DNA of 64,000 nt. It comes from Promethearchaeota archaeon. Its GTDB lineage: Archaea; Asgardarchaeota; Lokiarchaeia; Sigyniarchaeales; SOKP01. Below the pieces are notes generated by a model, which saw nothing but the letters and a program-made list of their open reading frames with translations, did no database searches and was not told where the DNA came from. Each line of letters begins with the position of its first letter. Position 1 is the first letter of the stretch. The stretch is taken from NCBI GenBank assembly GCA_019057795.1, contig JAHLWS010000075.1:1-64000 (forward strand), read 5' to 3'. The position numbers and the translations under genes are program-made. Of the stretch, positions 9,242 through 18,444 are shown in pieces.

Positions 9242-11038
9242 TTGAAGAAGACAAAAAACCAAGAAATAAGAGACATTTCAGAAGCTCTACTAAAAAAGAA
9301 TTTCGCTAGTTGGCCTTTTAATCCTTTACCTGATGATTATGGTCTGGATTTTTTCATTAGTATTGCTCAAGATGAGGAAGTTTTAGAGTATAATTTTCTT
9401 GTTCAATTAAAAGGATCTGATTCCCTAGATTATAAAGACGGCTTTTTTAATTTTGTTATGAAAACAAAACATTTACAAAGTTATATTAAAAATCCAATTC
9501 CAATCTTATTAGTTATTTATGATGTTAATACAGAAAGTGGTTATTGGATTAATATTCAGAAATATTGTAGAAATATTTTAAATGTTCAAGATCCTGATTG
9601 GATTGCCCAAAAAACAAAGAGTATAAAAATTTCGATTAACAATCAGTTAAATGACCTAGGTCTCATAAGAAATGAAATAATTCAATCTACAAATGAAAAT
9701 ATGATAATTTATGTTGAAAATATGAAATGGCCAGAAGGGTTTGAAAATTTTATAGATAATCCGGATAGAATTGTAGATATAATAAATAAAACGGAAATTG
9801 AGAATATAAAAAGAAGAATTCATTCATCTTTATTATATTTCCGAAGAGATAATATTAGGGAAATGCAAAATCAATTTTTTGAAATTTATAAACTTAAAAA
9901 GAGAGATAGACATCATCTACAAGCAATTTTAGCAATTATGACAAGTAGTAATATCTTTACAGAAAAAATCGAAACATTTATAAAACTAACAGATGAAGGG
10001 ATTCAACTTTCTGAGGAATTAAAGGATCAACTTTATTGTAATATTTTTAAATTTTTTTTCCATTATTACTCTACATTTGAAATTTTAACGAAACAACAAA
10101 TACCAAATATCTTAAAAAGATTAGAGGCTTCAAAGAAATCTAATCAGATTGATGTTTTTATTAAACTCATTTGGGAGTCTGAAAATATCGATTTAAATAA
10201 TCTGTTGAAAGAACATAGTAGAAAAATATTGGAGATTTTAAACATATTGCTTGAATCAGGGGATTTATTTGAGTATCATACATTAAGTCTACATTTATTG
10301 CAAATAGAAGTATTTTTAAACTCTATTCTTAAAGATCATATAGAAATGTCTGTATTTTCAAAAGTCTTAGAAAAGAATGAACGATTCATCCAGCTCATGG
10401 TTGAATTATCAGAAAAATTTGAAATTATTGATAATCAACTCCATACATATTTATTAACTGGTGGATATTATGAGGCTTATAACCAAGATAAAGCAGAGGA
10501 ATTTTACCGAAAAGGCCTAAGATTGGCTAAAAATTCTAACCATCAGTATTACATAAAAAAATTTAATTATAATTTAGAAAATCTAGGACGCACATCAGAA
10601 TTATTCACTTTAAATGATATAGTTAAAATGCCCTTATCTAAAACTATAGAAACCCTAAAAATATTTAAATTCTCAAATTTAAACTCAATTGAAGATTCCC
10701 TTATTAGAGGTTCTTTGAAATTGGCATTAAATGACCTTAATCCAGTTAATATTTTAAAAAAATGTAAAAGTATTCTAGTTGGATATTATCCTTCAACTTT
10801 AGGGCAGGCAGAGGGTATATATTCTTTAGGTTTAAAAAGGATCACATGTGAAAGATATAAAATTATTTATGAATCTGGAAATCTTAGAAATATATTTGAT
10901 CTTTATGAAAAAAAATATTGTAGTCAATGTGATAAAATTAATCCAAGAGAACACGATTATAATCCTCCAACATCAATTATTAGTGAAATGACTGAAAGAA
11001 TCAATGAGATTGGTCAAAATTCAAGTAAAAATACTTAA
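9242..11038 (+). CDS. DUF4365 (PD-(D/E)XK-type nuclease) + helical/TPR-like region + Cys-rich C-terminus
   Basis: N-terminal DDYGLD...FLVQLKG...PILLVIYD..GYW typical of DUF4365; one TPR-like AEEFYRKGLRLA; C-terminal C..C..CSQC. Confidence 0.8.
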   Translation: MKKTKNQEIRDISEALLKKNFASWPFNPLPDDYGLDFFISIAQDEEVLEYNFLVQLKGSDSLDYKDGFFNFVMKTKHLQSYIKNPIPILLVIYDVNTESGYWINIQKYCRNILNVQDPDWIAQKTKSIKISINNQLNDLGLIRNEIIQSTNENMIIYVENMKWPEGFENFIDNPDRIVDIINKTEIENIKRRIHSSLLYFRRDNIREMQNQFFEIYKLKKRDRHHLQAILAIMTSSNIFTEKIETFIKLTDEGIQLSEELKDQLYCNIFKFFFHYYSTFEILTKQQIPNILKRLEASKKSNQIDVFIKLIWESENIDLNNLLKEHSRKILEILNILLESGDLFEYHTLSLHLLQIEVFLNSILKDHIEMSVFSKVLEKNERFIQLMVELSEKFEIIDNQLHTYLLTGGYYEAYNQDKAEEFYRKGLRLAKNSNHQYYIKKFNYNLENLGRTSELFTLNDIVKMPLSKTIETLKIFKFSNLNSIEDSLIRGSLKLALNDLNPVNILKKCKSILVGYYPSTLGQAEGIYSLGLKRITCERYKIIYESGNLRNIFDLYEKKYCSQCDKINPREHDYNPPTSIISEMTERINEIGQNSSKNT

Positions 11039-11402
11039 AAGGGGATTAATTATTTTAAAGATGTAAGTAAATATTCTTTGCTTTTCTTCATGTACTTTCT
11101 CAATAATATTTTCAATTTCAGCCACTAAAATATATCACCCATTCTTTTCCTCTATTTTATTTCAGTTCATTTTATTTTCAGAATTAAAATTTAGCTCCAC
11201 TTTATTTAAATAACAAATTATATTAACATCTCTCAATTTTTAAAATATCTATTACTTTGTGAACATTTTCGCAATCAAAGGTATGGAAACAACCTTTTAT
11301 TATCAAAATGGGATTATTAAAGCATTAATATGGAATTTTATTAGGAAAAAAATATACATTCTAGCTTGAAATAGGTTATAAAAAAAGGAGTGATAACATT
11401 AA

Positions 11403-12677
11403 ATGAGCTTGAGAAATCTAATTAATAAGGGTGAATCAAACATAATTGAATTTAAAGAGACCTTCAGATATAATGTAGAAACTCAAAGTAAGGATAAATC
11501 ATTAAAAAATGAAGTATCTAAAGCCGTCTGTGGGATGCTCAACTCGGAAGGGGGAAAAGTTTTAATAGGAGTCGCTGATAATAAAACTATTGAGGGCATA
11601 CAGAGAGATTTAAATCTTTATGGTAAAGGAGACGAATCAACTCAACTAGATAGGTTACTTATCGATTTATATAAGCATATTACGGATTCTATTGATATCA
11701 AATCTAAGAAGTTTCTTAAAATTAAAGTGGTTGAAATTGATGGGAAAAAAATAGTCAAGATCGAAATTAAACCCTCAAATGAGCCTTTTTTTCACTCTGG
11801 AGATTTTTTTTATGTTCGTGATGGTCCAAGGACTATTCATCTATTGGGTAAAAAAATGGTAGATTATATTTCCGATAGGGCAAAAACCTTAAATGCTAAA
11901 TCCCCCGAGAAAATCCTCCAAGAAAAACTTGGGGTTATAAATCTTGAGTTTCAAAAATGGGCTCAAGATAAACTAAAGCAAAATCTTTCCTTGGAAGTGA
12001 ATAAGAATAATCCAGATGGAAGAATATATGACTACATTCTTGGGTGTATAATGCCAACTACACTTTCTAAAGATTTAATAGATTTTAATTCGAATCTTAT
12101 CAAAGATTATATTGACAATTATTCTATCATCAAAAGATCTCAAACTTACAAAACCCCTGATTATGCAAGACAATATGAACAATTTTTTGGTGAAGAAATT
12201 TTAATATTTCCTAATGGAAAGGTATGCTTTTGCCAAATTTATAGTTCTTTTCATAAGGAACAACCTGATTTTTCTTTAGGCACTTTAGAGAGTGCTGGTT
12301 ATGAGCGTTTAGTTGTGAAGAAGTTTAAAGAGAAGTATTCTGCCCCATTTTCGTATATAAAGTGGGGAAGTTTAGACTCTCTTTTGGAAGTCATTTGTTT
12401 TCTTTTCCATCCAAAATGTAAAATTAATTTGGTAAATTCACCAACAGATTTATTTCATTTGGAAATAATAGTTCCTAACATGATATATGAGGGAAGAAGG
12501 AGAGTTCTCTCTTCATTTGGAGGATTTCCAAGTCATAAAAGGTATTTAGGAACAAAAAAAGATATTTTTTTCCGCAAATTATTTAGATTTAATGAAATAG
12601 GTAAGATTATAGAGGCTCTAAAAAGCCATATCATGGAATATTATAAAAATCCTGCTAATATGGGATATAGCAGATAA
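11403..12677 (+). CDS. Schlafen/AlbA_2-domain protein
   Basis: GESNIIEFKET...KAVCGMLNSEGGKVLIGVADN...FYVRDG; SD GGAGTGA upstream. Confidence 0.85.
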   Translation: MSLRNLINKGESNIIEFKETFRYNVETQSKDKSLKNEVSKAVCGMLNSEGGKVLIGVADNKTIEGIQRDLNLYGKGDESTQLDRLLIDLYKHITDSIDIKSKKFLKIKVVEIDGKKIVKIEIKPSNEPFFHSGDFFYVRDGPRTIHLLGKKMVDYISDRAKTLNAKSPEKILQEKLGVINLEFQKWAQDKLKQNLSLEVNKNNPDGRIYDYILGCIMPTTLSKDLIDFNSNLIKDYIDNYSIIKRSQTYKTPDYARQYEQFFGEEILIFPNGKVCFCQIYSSFHKEQPDFSLGTLESAGYERLVVKKFKEKYSAPFSYIKWGSLDSLLEVICFLFHPKCKINLVNSPTDLFHLEIIVPNMIYEGRRRVLSSFGGFPSHKRYLGTKKDIFFRKLFRFNEIGKIIEALKSHIMEYYKNPANMGYSR

Positions 12678-12712
12678 TTTTAATGATCATTTCAATCATA
12701 TGTTCCTTAAAT

Positions 12713-12756
12713 ATTATGACAGTAGCACTATTGTTTGGAATTTAAAAAGCCGTAAA
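12713..12756 (+). repeat. Orphan copy of the 3' end of the plsY-kinase genes (direct repeat)
   Basis: ATTATGACAGTAGCACTATTGTTTGG is identical at 12713, 19621 and 21021; 41/44 match to 19621-19664, followed by a T-tract. Confidence 0.9.
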
Positions 12757-12836
12757 GTCTTTTTTTTTTCTTTTTTATTAAATTTTTTACCTAATCGTTC
12801 CAAAAGATCAAATGCGATGAAGAGAGTACGAGTTGT

Positions 12837-15017
12837 TTATTTTATAAGTAGCTTTTGAATTTCCTCTGCCTTTTTGAAGCATTTTAAAGCATCTTCAAAT
12901 CTTCTAATTTCTCGATAAAGATTGCCCAAATTATAGTATCTCATAATTAAGAATTGAGGATCTTTGGTATTATGTGCTATTTCAATTGCTTTCTGGTAAC
13001 AAGTAATTGCATTGTTATATTTTCCTTTTTCTTTAAATATTAAGCCAATATTGTTCAGAGCTACTCCTCTTAGTCTTAAATACTCGTTCTCTTTTGCGAT
13101 TTTTAGGACTTTTTTAAATTTGGATAAAGCTTCATCAAAATCATTTTCTATACGAGCAATATCACCAAGGCTATTTAACCTAATACCAACAGACCGTAAA
13201 TTTCCTTCTTTTTGGGCAATATTCAATGCTTTAGAATAATAATCTTTTGCCTTATCATATTCTCTTGTGTCCAAATATACTTTTCCTAGATTGCTATATA
13301 TAAATCCTTTAAGACCGTTAAGTTCATATCTTTCAATAATGTTTAATGCTTCTTCTAGTTTTTCGATTGCTAAAGAGAATTTTTGGGCGTAAATATACAC
13401 TGCTCCCATATTTCCTAAAATTTCTACCTTGCTAGGTTCTAGTCTAAGCGAATCAAAAATATCACTTGCTTGAGCAAGACATGTGAGCGCTTCATCTAAT
13501 TTTAACTCTGATGTTAAAATTTTCCCCATAAGATTTAAGCTAGATGCTAATTGATGTAATACTCCAAGTTTTTTATTTAACTCAATTGCTTGAGAGAGAT
13601 ATTTTTTAGCTCTACCCGTATTCCCTTGTTCATGAAAAAGAGTCGCCATATTGAAATATATAGTAGAAATTCTATGTTTATTTCTATACTTTTTAGCAAT
13701 TTGAAGCGCTTTTTGATAACTTTTTAACGCTTCGTTATAACGAGCTAATGAACTTAAGATTGTTCCTTGATCGAGATAAAATAAGGAGATTTCTATTTCC
13801 TCCTTTGATTTTGAAACAATATCCAACCCTCTATTTAGGTATTCAAGTCCTTTTATTAATTCACCTTTTTCAGCGTAGGCATTTCCAGCATTAGCATAGG
13901 TTAATCCTAATAACCATTCTTCCCATTTATTTAATCTTCTTTTCTCACATATTTTGATTATTTTAAGGGCCAATCGTAATGAATCATTAAAGAATTCTAA
14001 TTCATGGTAAATTCTATGTGCGTTGTATAATTTTACCAAATGATTAGGATTAGGGAGATTTTGTTGTAAAAATTCATTAATCTGAAGATTGAACACCTCA
14101 TGTGTTAATTGATAATCAACCTTAACTAATTGAGACAAAATTTTATTGGTGTTTCCTCTTAAGACAAAAAAATTTTCTGCTATATTTTTCTCTAAAAAAG
14201 ATTTTAATATTTGTTTTAAAGCTTCCTTAATAGGTAATGTACTAAGAATTTCTACATTATCAATTAGATAACTATCAAACAGAGTTTTATTATCATCATG
14301 GTCAACCCAGATTATACTTTTGACTTTATTGAGTTTGTATAAAGCCGGTATGATATCAAAGTCATCACTACCAGAATAACCTATTACAACTATGTTATTA
14401 TCCTGTGAAAACTGTTCAAATAACTTCTTTTTATTTGGATCTAATTCAAATAAATCGAAACCACTTTTATTTTTACCAAATGCGCTTAGGGTTGACATTA
14501 TTGAATCTTTAGTGTCTTGTTTAGTTATTATATTCTTAAGAGAACCATGTAATTTATAGATAGGATATTTACCTTGGGAAAATAGCTTTTTAGGATTAAA
14601 ATATTGTTTGTAATCATTATTAGAAATTACAGGAATGATCTGATTCTTTGATATGTTAGAGTTTAAAAGGGCTAATTCTATCAAATGGTCGAAATTGGTT
14701 GTCATGACAATACTATGGTTTTTTAGTAATTCGACAAGAGTATAATGATAATGGTTAGGAGAATCGCATAAACCGTAATAGTCTAATATTTTAAGCTCAT
14801 GATCTAAAGTTCGACTTAGAGTTCCAACTAAACCCTCAAATCGTAATTCTTTAATATTTAAAATTTTCTCAATTTCAGGTTTAGGACATAGGAACTTTAT
14901 AATTTCCTCCATCATGACCTTTGCTGACGGTAAGTTAGAGGGGGTATCTATTGAGCATCCTGCTCCAACTAGAAAAATTAAATTGTCCTTAGTAAACAAT
15001 GAGTCGAAATCAAACAT
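12837..15017 (-). CDS. SIR2-like NADase domain + TPR repeats
   Basis: FLVGAGCS, TTNFD, KLHGS, VIGYSGSDDFDI, then about 9 TPR-like repeats. Confidence 0.9.
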   Translation of the reverse strand: MFDFDSLFTKDNLIFLVGAGCSIDTPSNLPSAKVMMEEIIKFLCPKPEIEKILNIKELRFEGLVGTLSRTLDHELKILDYYGLCDSPNHYHYTLVELLKNHSIVMTTNFDHLIELALLNSNISKNQIIPVISNNDYKQYFNPKKLFSQGKYPIYKLHGSLKNIITKQDTKDSIMSTLSAFGKNKSGFDLFELDPNKKKLFEQFSQDNNIVVIGYSGSDDFDIIPALYKLNKVKSIIWVDHDDNKTLFDSYLIDNVEILSTLPIKEALKQILKSFLEKNIAENFFVLRGNTNKILSQLVKVDYQLTHEVFNLQINEFLQQNLPNPNHLVKLYNAHRIYHELEFFNDSLRLALKIIKICEKRRLNKWEEWLLGLTYANAGNAYAEKGELIKGLEYLNRGLDIVSKSKEEIEISLFYLDQGTILSSLARYNEALKSYQKALQIAKKYRNKHRISTIYFNMATLFHEQGNTGRAKKYLSQAIELNKKLGVLHQLASSLNLMGKILTSELKLDEALTCLAQASDIFDSLRLEPSKVEILGNMGAVYIYAQKFSLAIEKLEEALNIIERYELNGLKGFIYSNLGKVYLDTREYDKAKDYYSKALNIAQKEGNLRSVGIRLNSLGDIARIENDFDEALSKFKKVLKIAKENEYLRLRGVALNNIGLIFKEKGKYNNAITCYQKAIEIAHNTKDPQFLIMRYYNLGNLYREIRRFEDALKCFKKAEEIQKLLIK

Positions 15018-15479
15018 TTATTAGTTTTTGTTGTATTCTAAATATACCATAAAAATTCATAAATAAAAAGATGTTAGTAAGAAACACTTGGAGAAGGATT
15101 AATTTTAATAATTAAATCTAATTAAAAATAATCTCATTAATAATATTATCTAAATAATGGACATTCTCTTCATTAAGATTTCGCAATCGCAATAGCCTCC
15201 CAGCTCTTTACATTTTTTCTTTTTCCATTAAATTTTTTACTTTATTAATCGTTTTGTTTTTTTTAATTTACGATATAGACCAATGACAGCCGAGCAGCTG
15301 TTAAACTAACTTCATTAGGACTCTAAGCATATTTTTTATTATCTCTCTTTTTTTTTTTTTCTACAAATTCTATTCACTAACATTTGTATCCAATCTGTAT
15401 TTTTTATTGAAATAAAACTGAAAAAAAAAATTTTGATCTTTAAAATTTTAAATGTAACCTTAAAGTGAATTCGTTAACT

Positions 15480-15563
15480 TTAACAACAACTTTCTTTTGA
15501 TTGGCATTCCTCATCATCATTTTTTGGTTTTTCAGAACAACATTCTTTATCTTTATCTCCCAT
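15480..15563 (-). CDS. 27-aa Cys-rich micropeptide (MGDKDKECCSEKPKNDDEECQSKESCC)
   Basis: ATG with strong SD AAGGAGGT ~10 nt upstream; own BRE/TATA; 5 Cys including two CC pairs. Below the ORF-track cutoff. Confidence 0.75.
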   Translation of the reverse strand: MGDKDKECCSEKPKNDDEECQSKESCC

Positions 15564-15605
15564 GCGTAATTAAGACCTCCTTTATAATTAATTGTTAATT
15601 GATTA

Positions 15606-15637
15606 ATAGTTAGGATCCTAACTATATAAATGTTTCG
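15606..15637 (-). promoter_or_regulatory. Perfect 20-bp palindromic operator (15606-15625) abutting TATA/BRE of the micropeptide gene
   Basis: ATAGTTAGGATCCTAACTAT; on the minus strand CGAAACA-TTTATATA directly upstream and overlapping it. Confidence 0.75.
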
Positions 15638-15705
15638 TTCCGTATAATTAAGAACTTAACAAAATGATCTATAATGTAATTATAAAGGAATAGCAAGTTA
15701 ACTCT

Positions 15706-16170
15706 TTAATATTTTAGTGAGTTTAATAATTTCTGAAGTAAATCTCCTAACTTTTTCATCTCTTCTTGATTAATTTCTGGGCAACAGCCATTAACGATCG
15801 ATTCTAAAGGAGGTGTTATATTTTTTAATTTTTTGCCTTTTTCTGTGAGTTTAACAAGAAGACTCCTTCTATCAGAGGGGTGTAATTCACGAATGACTAT
15901 CTTCTTTTTTTCCATTGTATCTACTACCCCTGTAATTGTAGATCTTGAACATCCACATTTTTCTGCTAATTCTTTAAATTGTTGGCCATCAGATTCCCAA
16001 AGTTGACTTAAAATAAAATGCTGAGTTGGTGTAAGTTCTAATTCTTGAATTTTATCTCGCTGTAATTTTTCATATTTCTTATTTAGTGTATTAATTAAAG
16101 TAAACACATCAACAATATTTTCGGGTTTACAAGAATTTTCACAACTTTCAGGGGTTTCTTCTTCACTCAT
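15706..16170 (-). CDS. MarR-family regulator, Cys-rich
   Basis: LTPTQ..IL..L...ELA....SRSTITGVVD.MEKK..V.R....DRRS..V.LTEKG; extra CENSC, CGC and GCCP. Confidence 0.92.
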   Translation of the reverse strand: MSEEETPESCENSCKPENIVDVFTLINTLNKKYEKLQRDKIQELELTPTQHFILSQLWESDGQQFKELAEKCGCSRSTITGVVDTMEKKKIVIRELHPSDRRSLLVKLTEKGKKLKNITPPLESIVNGCCPEINQEEMKKLGDLLQKLLNSLKY

Positions 16171-16181
16171 GCTCTCATCAA

Positions 16182-16201
16182 ATTATTAGGAACATAATAA
16201 T
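16182..16201. promoter_or_regulatory. Degenerate second operator upstream of marR
   Basis: ATTATTAGGAACATAATAAT, an imperfect palindrome with 14/20 identity to the 15606 operator. Confidence 0.5.
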
Positions 16202-16558
16202 TAATATCCTTATAATCTTAATAATTCTCGATCTTATTTAATTTATTATCTTTTTTTTATCCATAATATCATAAAGAGGTTTTGTAACCTTCAATCCATG
16301 ACTAAGAATTAATTTATAAATGTTTCTTTTTTTTTTAAGGATATGATAATAACACGAATTAAACTAATTCTATTTGTTCTTTTAAAGTAAAAATTTCTTT
16401 TATATCTTATATTTGACATTTTCGGATAATTATTAAGTACTTATTTTATTTAGGTGTTTTTGATTATTAGAGAATTGAAAATAAGTCAAATATTTTTTGT
16501 GGTTGAGGAAATTATTAAAAATTGAAATTTAAAACAATAAATTAGAGAAAATCATTAG

Positions 16559-18301
16559 TTGATAGATTTTAAAAACAGGTTATATAAAATTATTGAGATT
16601 TTTACTATCAAAAATGTTAGTTACTTATCAGTAGTCTTAAATTTAGCTAGTATTATTTTAGGAATAATTTACCTAGTAAAACCTTTATATTCTTTTTTAT
16701 GGGATGTTTTTGGGATTATTTTATTAATAAGTCTATTTGTCAATCTTTTACTTGTATATCTTAATTTGGATAAAATAAATAATGCGAATAGATTAGGAAA
16801 AAGAACGAGCTTACTTTGTTATTTTTATTTAGTTTTTGTGATTTTTGCTATGCTAAGTTTGATGTCAGGTAATTTATCCACTTCTATAACATATTCAAAT
16901 GAAATAATTGAAAACTTTGGAGCGTATTTAACAACCTATTTTTCTTATTTTGGGATTTTAATTTATGGCATTTTTATAGGATTAATTGATATTAAAAACA
17001 TCAAAAACAAAAATTTTTGGGAATTCAAAAAAAGGTTTGAAGGAAATAAATCTAAAGAAATTATTAGAGCTAAAGAAATATTGTATAAAATTTTTACGAT
17101 TCTTACGCGGGTGATTTTTATTATTGGTATTATTTTTGCGATTAATGTATTATTTGGTGTATTTGAAATAATAACAACTGGTATCGTTTTATTTACACCT
17201 CAATTTGGAACATTCTTTTCATTTATATTTTTGGCAAATACGATTATATATTTAAAATTAAAAAAGAAAAAATGGAATCCTAAAAAATATTATAGAACAG
17301 CAATTATTGGAATTCTAATTTCTGGGATTTCTATGACGCCTTTTTTTTTAAATCATTCCATAGTAATAAATGCTGAGAATAAGTTTTTAGATATGTTTGG
17401 TCAAGATTGGCGGGAACAAATCCCCGTTGAAGTAAATAGTTATTTTTTACAAACAACTTTTTCAATTCCAGGTTATTTTTTAGGAATTCCTCCTAAAAGC
17501 AGTATTATTGAAGAACAAACTTTATTCTATAAAGGCGAAGGAATAAACCTATACTTTGATGCTTACATGCCACTAAATCGAGGGAAAAACCTTCCTGGAG
17601 AAAATTCAACCATTATTAGGATCCATGGTGGTGGGTGGGTTTCGGGGGATAAAGGACATATGAACATGATGCAGATGAATAAATATTTTGCAGCTCAAGG
17701 ATACATAGTATTTGACATACAATACGGATTATTTGACGGAACGATGCCTTTTGTTGATCCTAATACACCCGATTATAATAAGGGAGATTTCAATATCGAT
17801 GATATGATGCGTCATCTCGGCATTTTCACTATTTTTCTCGCTGAACACGCAGATGAATACGGAGCTAAATTAGACTCTGTATTTATTAGTGGAGGATCTT
17901 CTGGAGGCCACCTTGCATCTGCTATGGCTTTAGCAATAGCAAGCAGAAAATATACGGATATTTTTAGTCAAAATTTAACAATAAAAGGTTTAATCCCATT
18001 CTATCCCGCAAATGGTCAAATGGTTTATTTTGGAATTGATGGAAAAGAAGAATTTAAAAACCCTGAAAAGCTTATTGAAGAAGATAGTCCACCGTGTTTA
18101 ATTTTCCAAGGTACCCATGATATTCTTAATTATTTTAGTATAACAAATAATTTTAGAAATACCTATTTATCTGAAGGAAATTATGAATGTGCTATATTAT
18201 GGATGTTATTAGGTGGACACGCAAGCGATTTTTATTTTTCAGGTTATTATAACCAGATTTTTTTGTATTATATGGAGCGATTTTTGTATTTTTATCATTA
18301 A
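16559..18301 (+). CDS. Multi-TM membrane-anchored alpha/beta hydrolase (esterase/lipase)
   Basis: About 7 N-terminal TMs; HGGGW oxyanion motif, GGSSGG nucleophile elbow, D (GTHD) and H (GGHA). Confidence 0.85.
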   Translation: MIDFKNRLYKIIEIFTIKNVSYLSVVLNLASIILGIIYLVKPLYSFLWDVFGIILLISLFVNLLLVYLNLDKINNANRLGKRTSLLCYFYLVFVIFAMLSLMSGNLSTSITYSNEIIENFGAYLTTYFSYFGILIYGIFIGLIDIKNIKNKNFWEFKKRFEGNKSKEIIRAKEILYKIFTILTRVIFIIGIIFAINVLFGVFEIITTGIVLFTPQFGTFFSFIFLANTIIYLKLKKKKWNPKKYYRTAIIGILISGISMTPFFLNHSIVINAENKFLDMFGQDWREQIPVEVNSYFLQTTFSIPGYFLGIPPKSSIIEEQTLFYKGEGINLYFDAYMPLNRGKNLPGENSTIIRIHGGGWVSGDKGHMNMMQMNKYFAAQGYIVFDIQYGLFDGTMPFVDPNTPDYNKGDFNIDDMMRHLGIFTIFLAEHADEYGAKLDSVFISGGSSGGHLASAMALAIASRKYTDIFSQNLTIKGLIPFYPANGQMVYFGIDGKEEFKNPEKLIEEDSPPCLIFQGTHDILNYFSITNNFRNTYLSEGNYECAILWMLLGGHASDFYFSGYYNQIFLYYMERFLYFYH

Positions 18302-18444
18302 TTCTTAGTTTTTGGTTTGGTTAAAATTTAAATAAAATTGAAAATAAGATCAATAGTCACAGAGACTGTGAATTATCAAACCAAAAATAATTTTTAATAT
18401 TATTTACATAGGAATAAGATTTTTATTAAAGAGAGGGAGATTTT

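Noticed and set aside
1-15017. Provirus or transposon call for the island
   Set aside because: No integrase, transposase, capsid or terminal inverted repeats visible within the window.
15480-15488. C-terminal CC of the micropeptide as a Rab-type prenylation signal
   Set aside because: No prenyltransferase evidence in the window; the internal CC and the Cys-rich MarR favour metal/redox binding.
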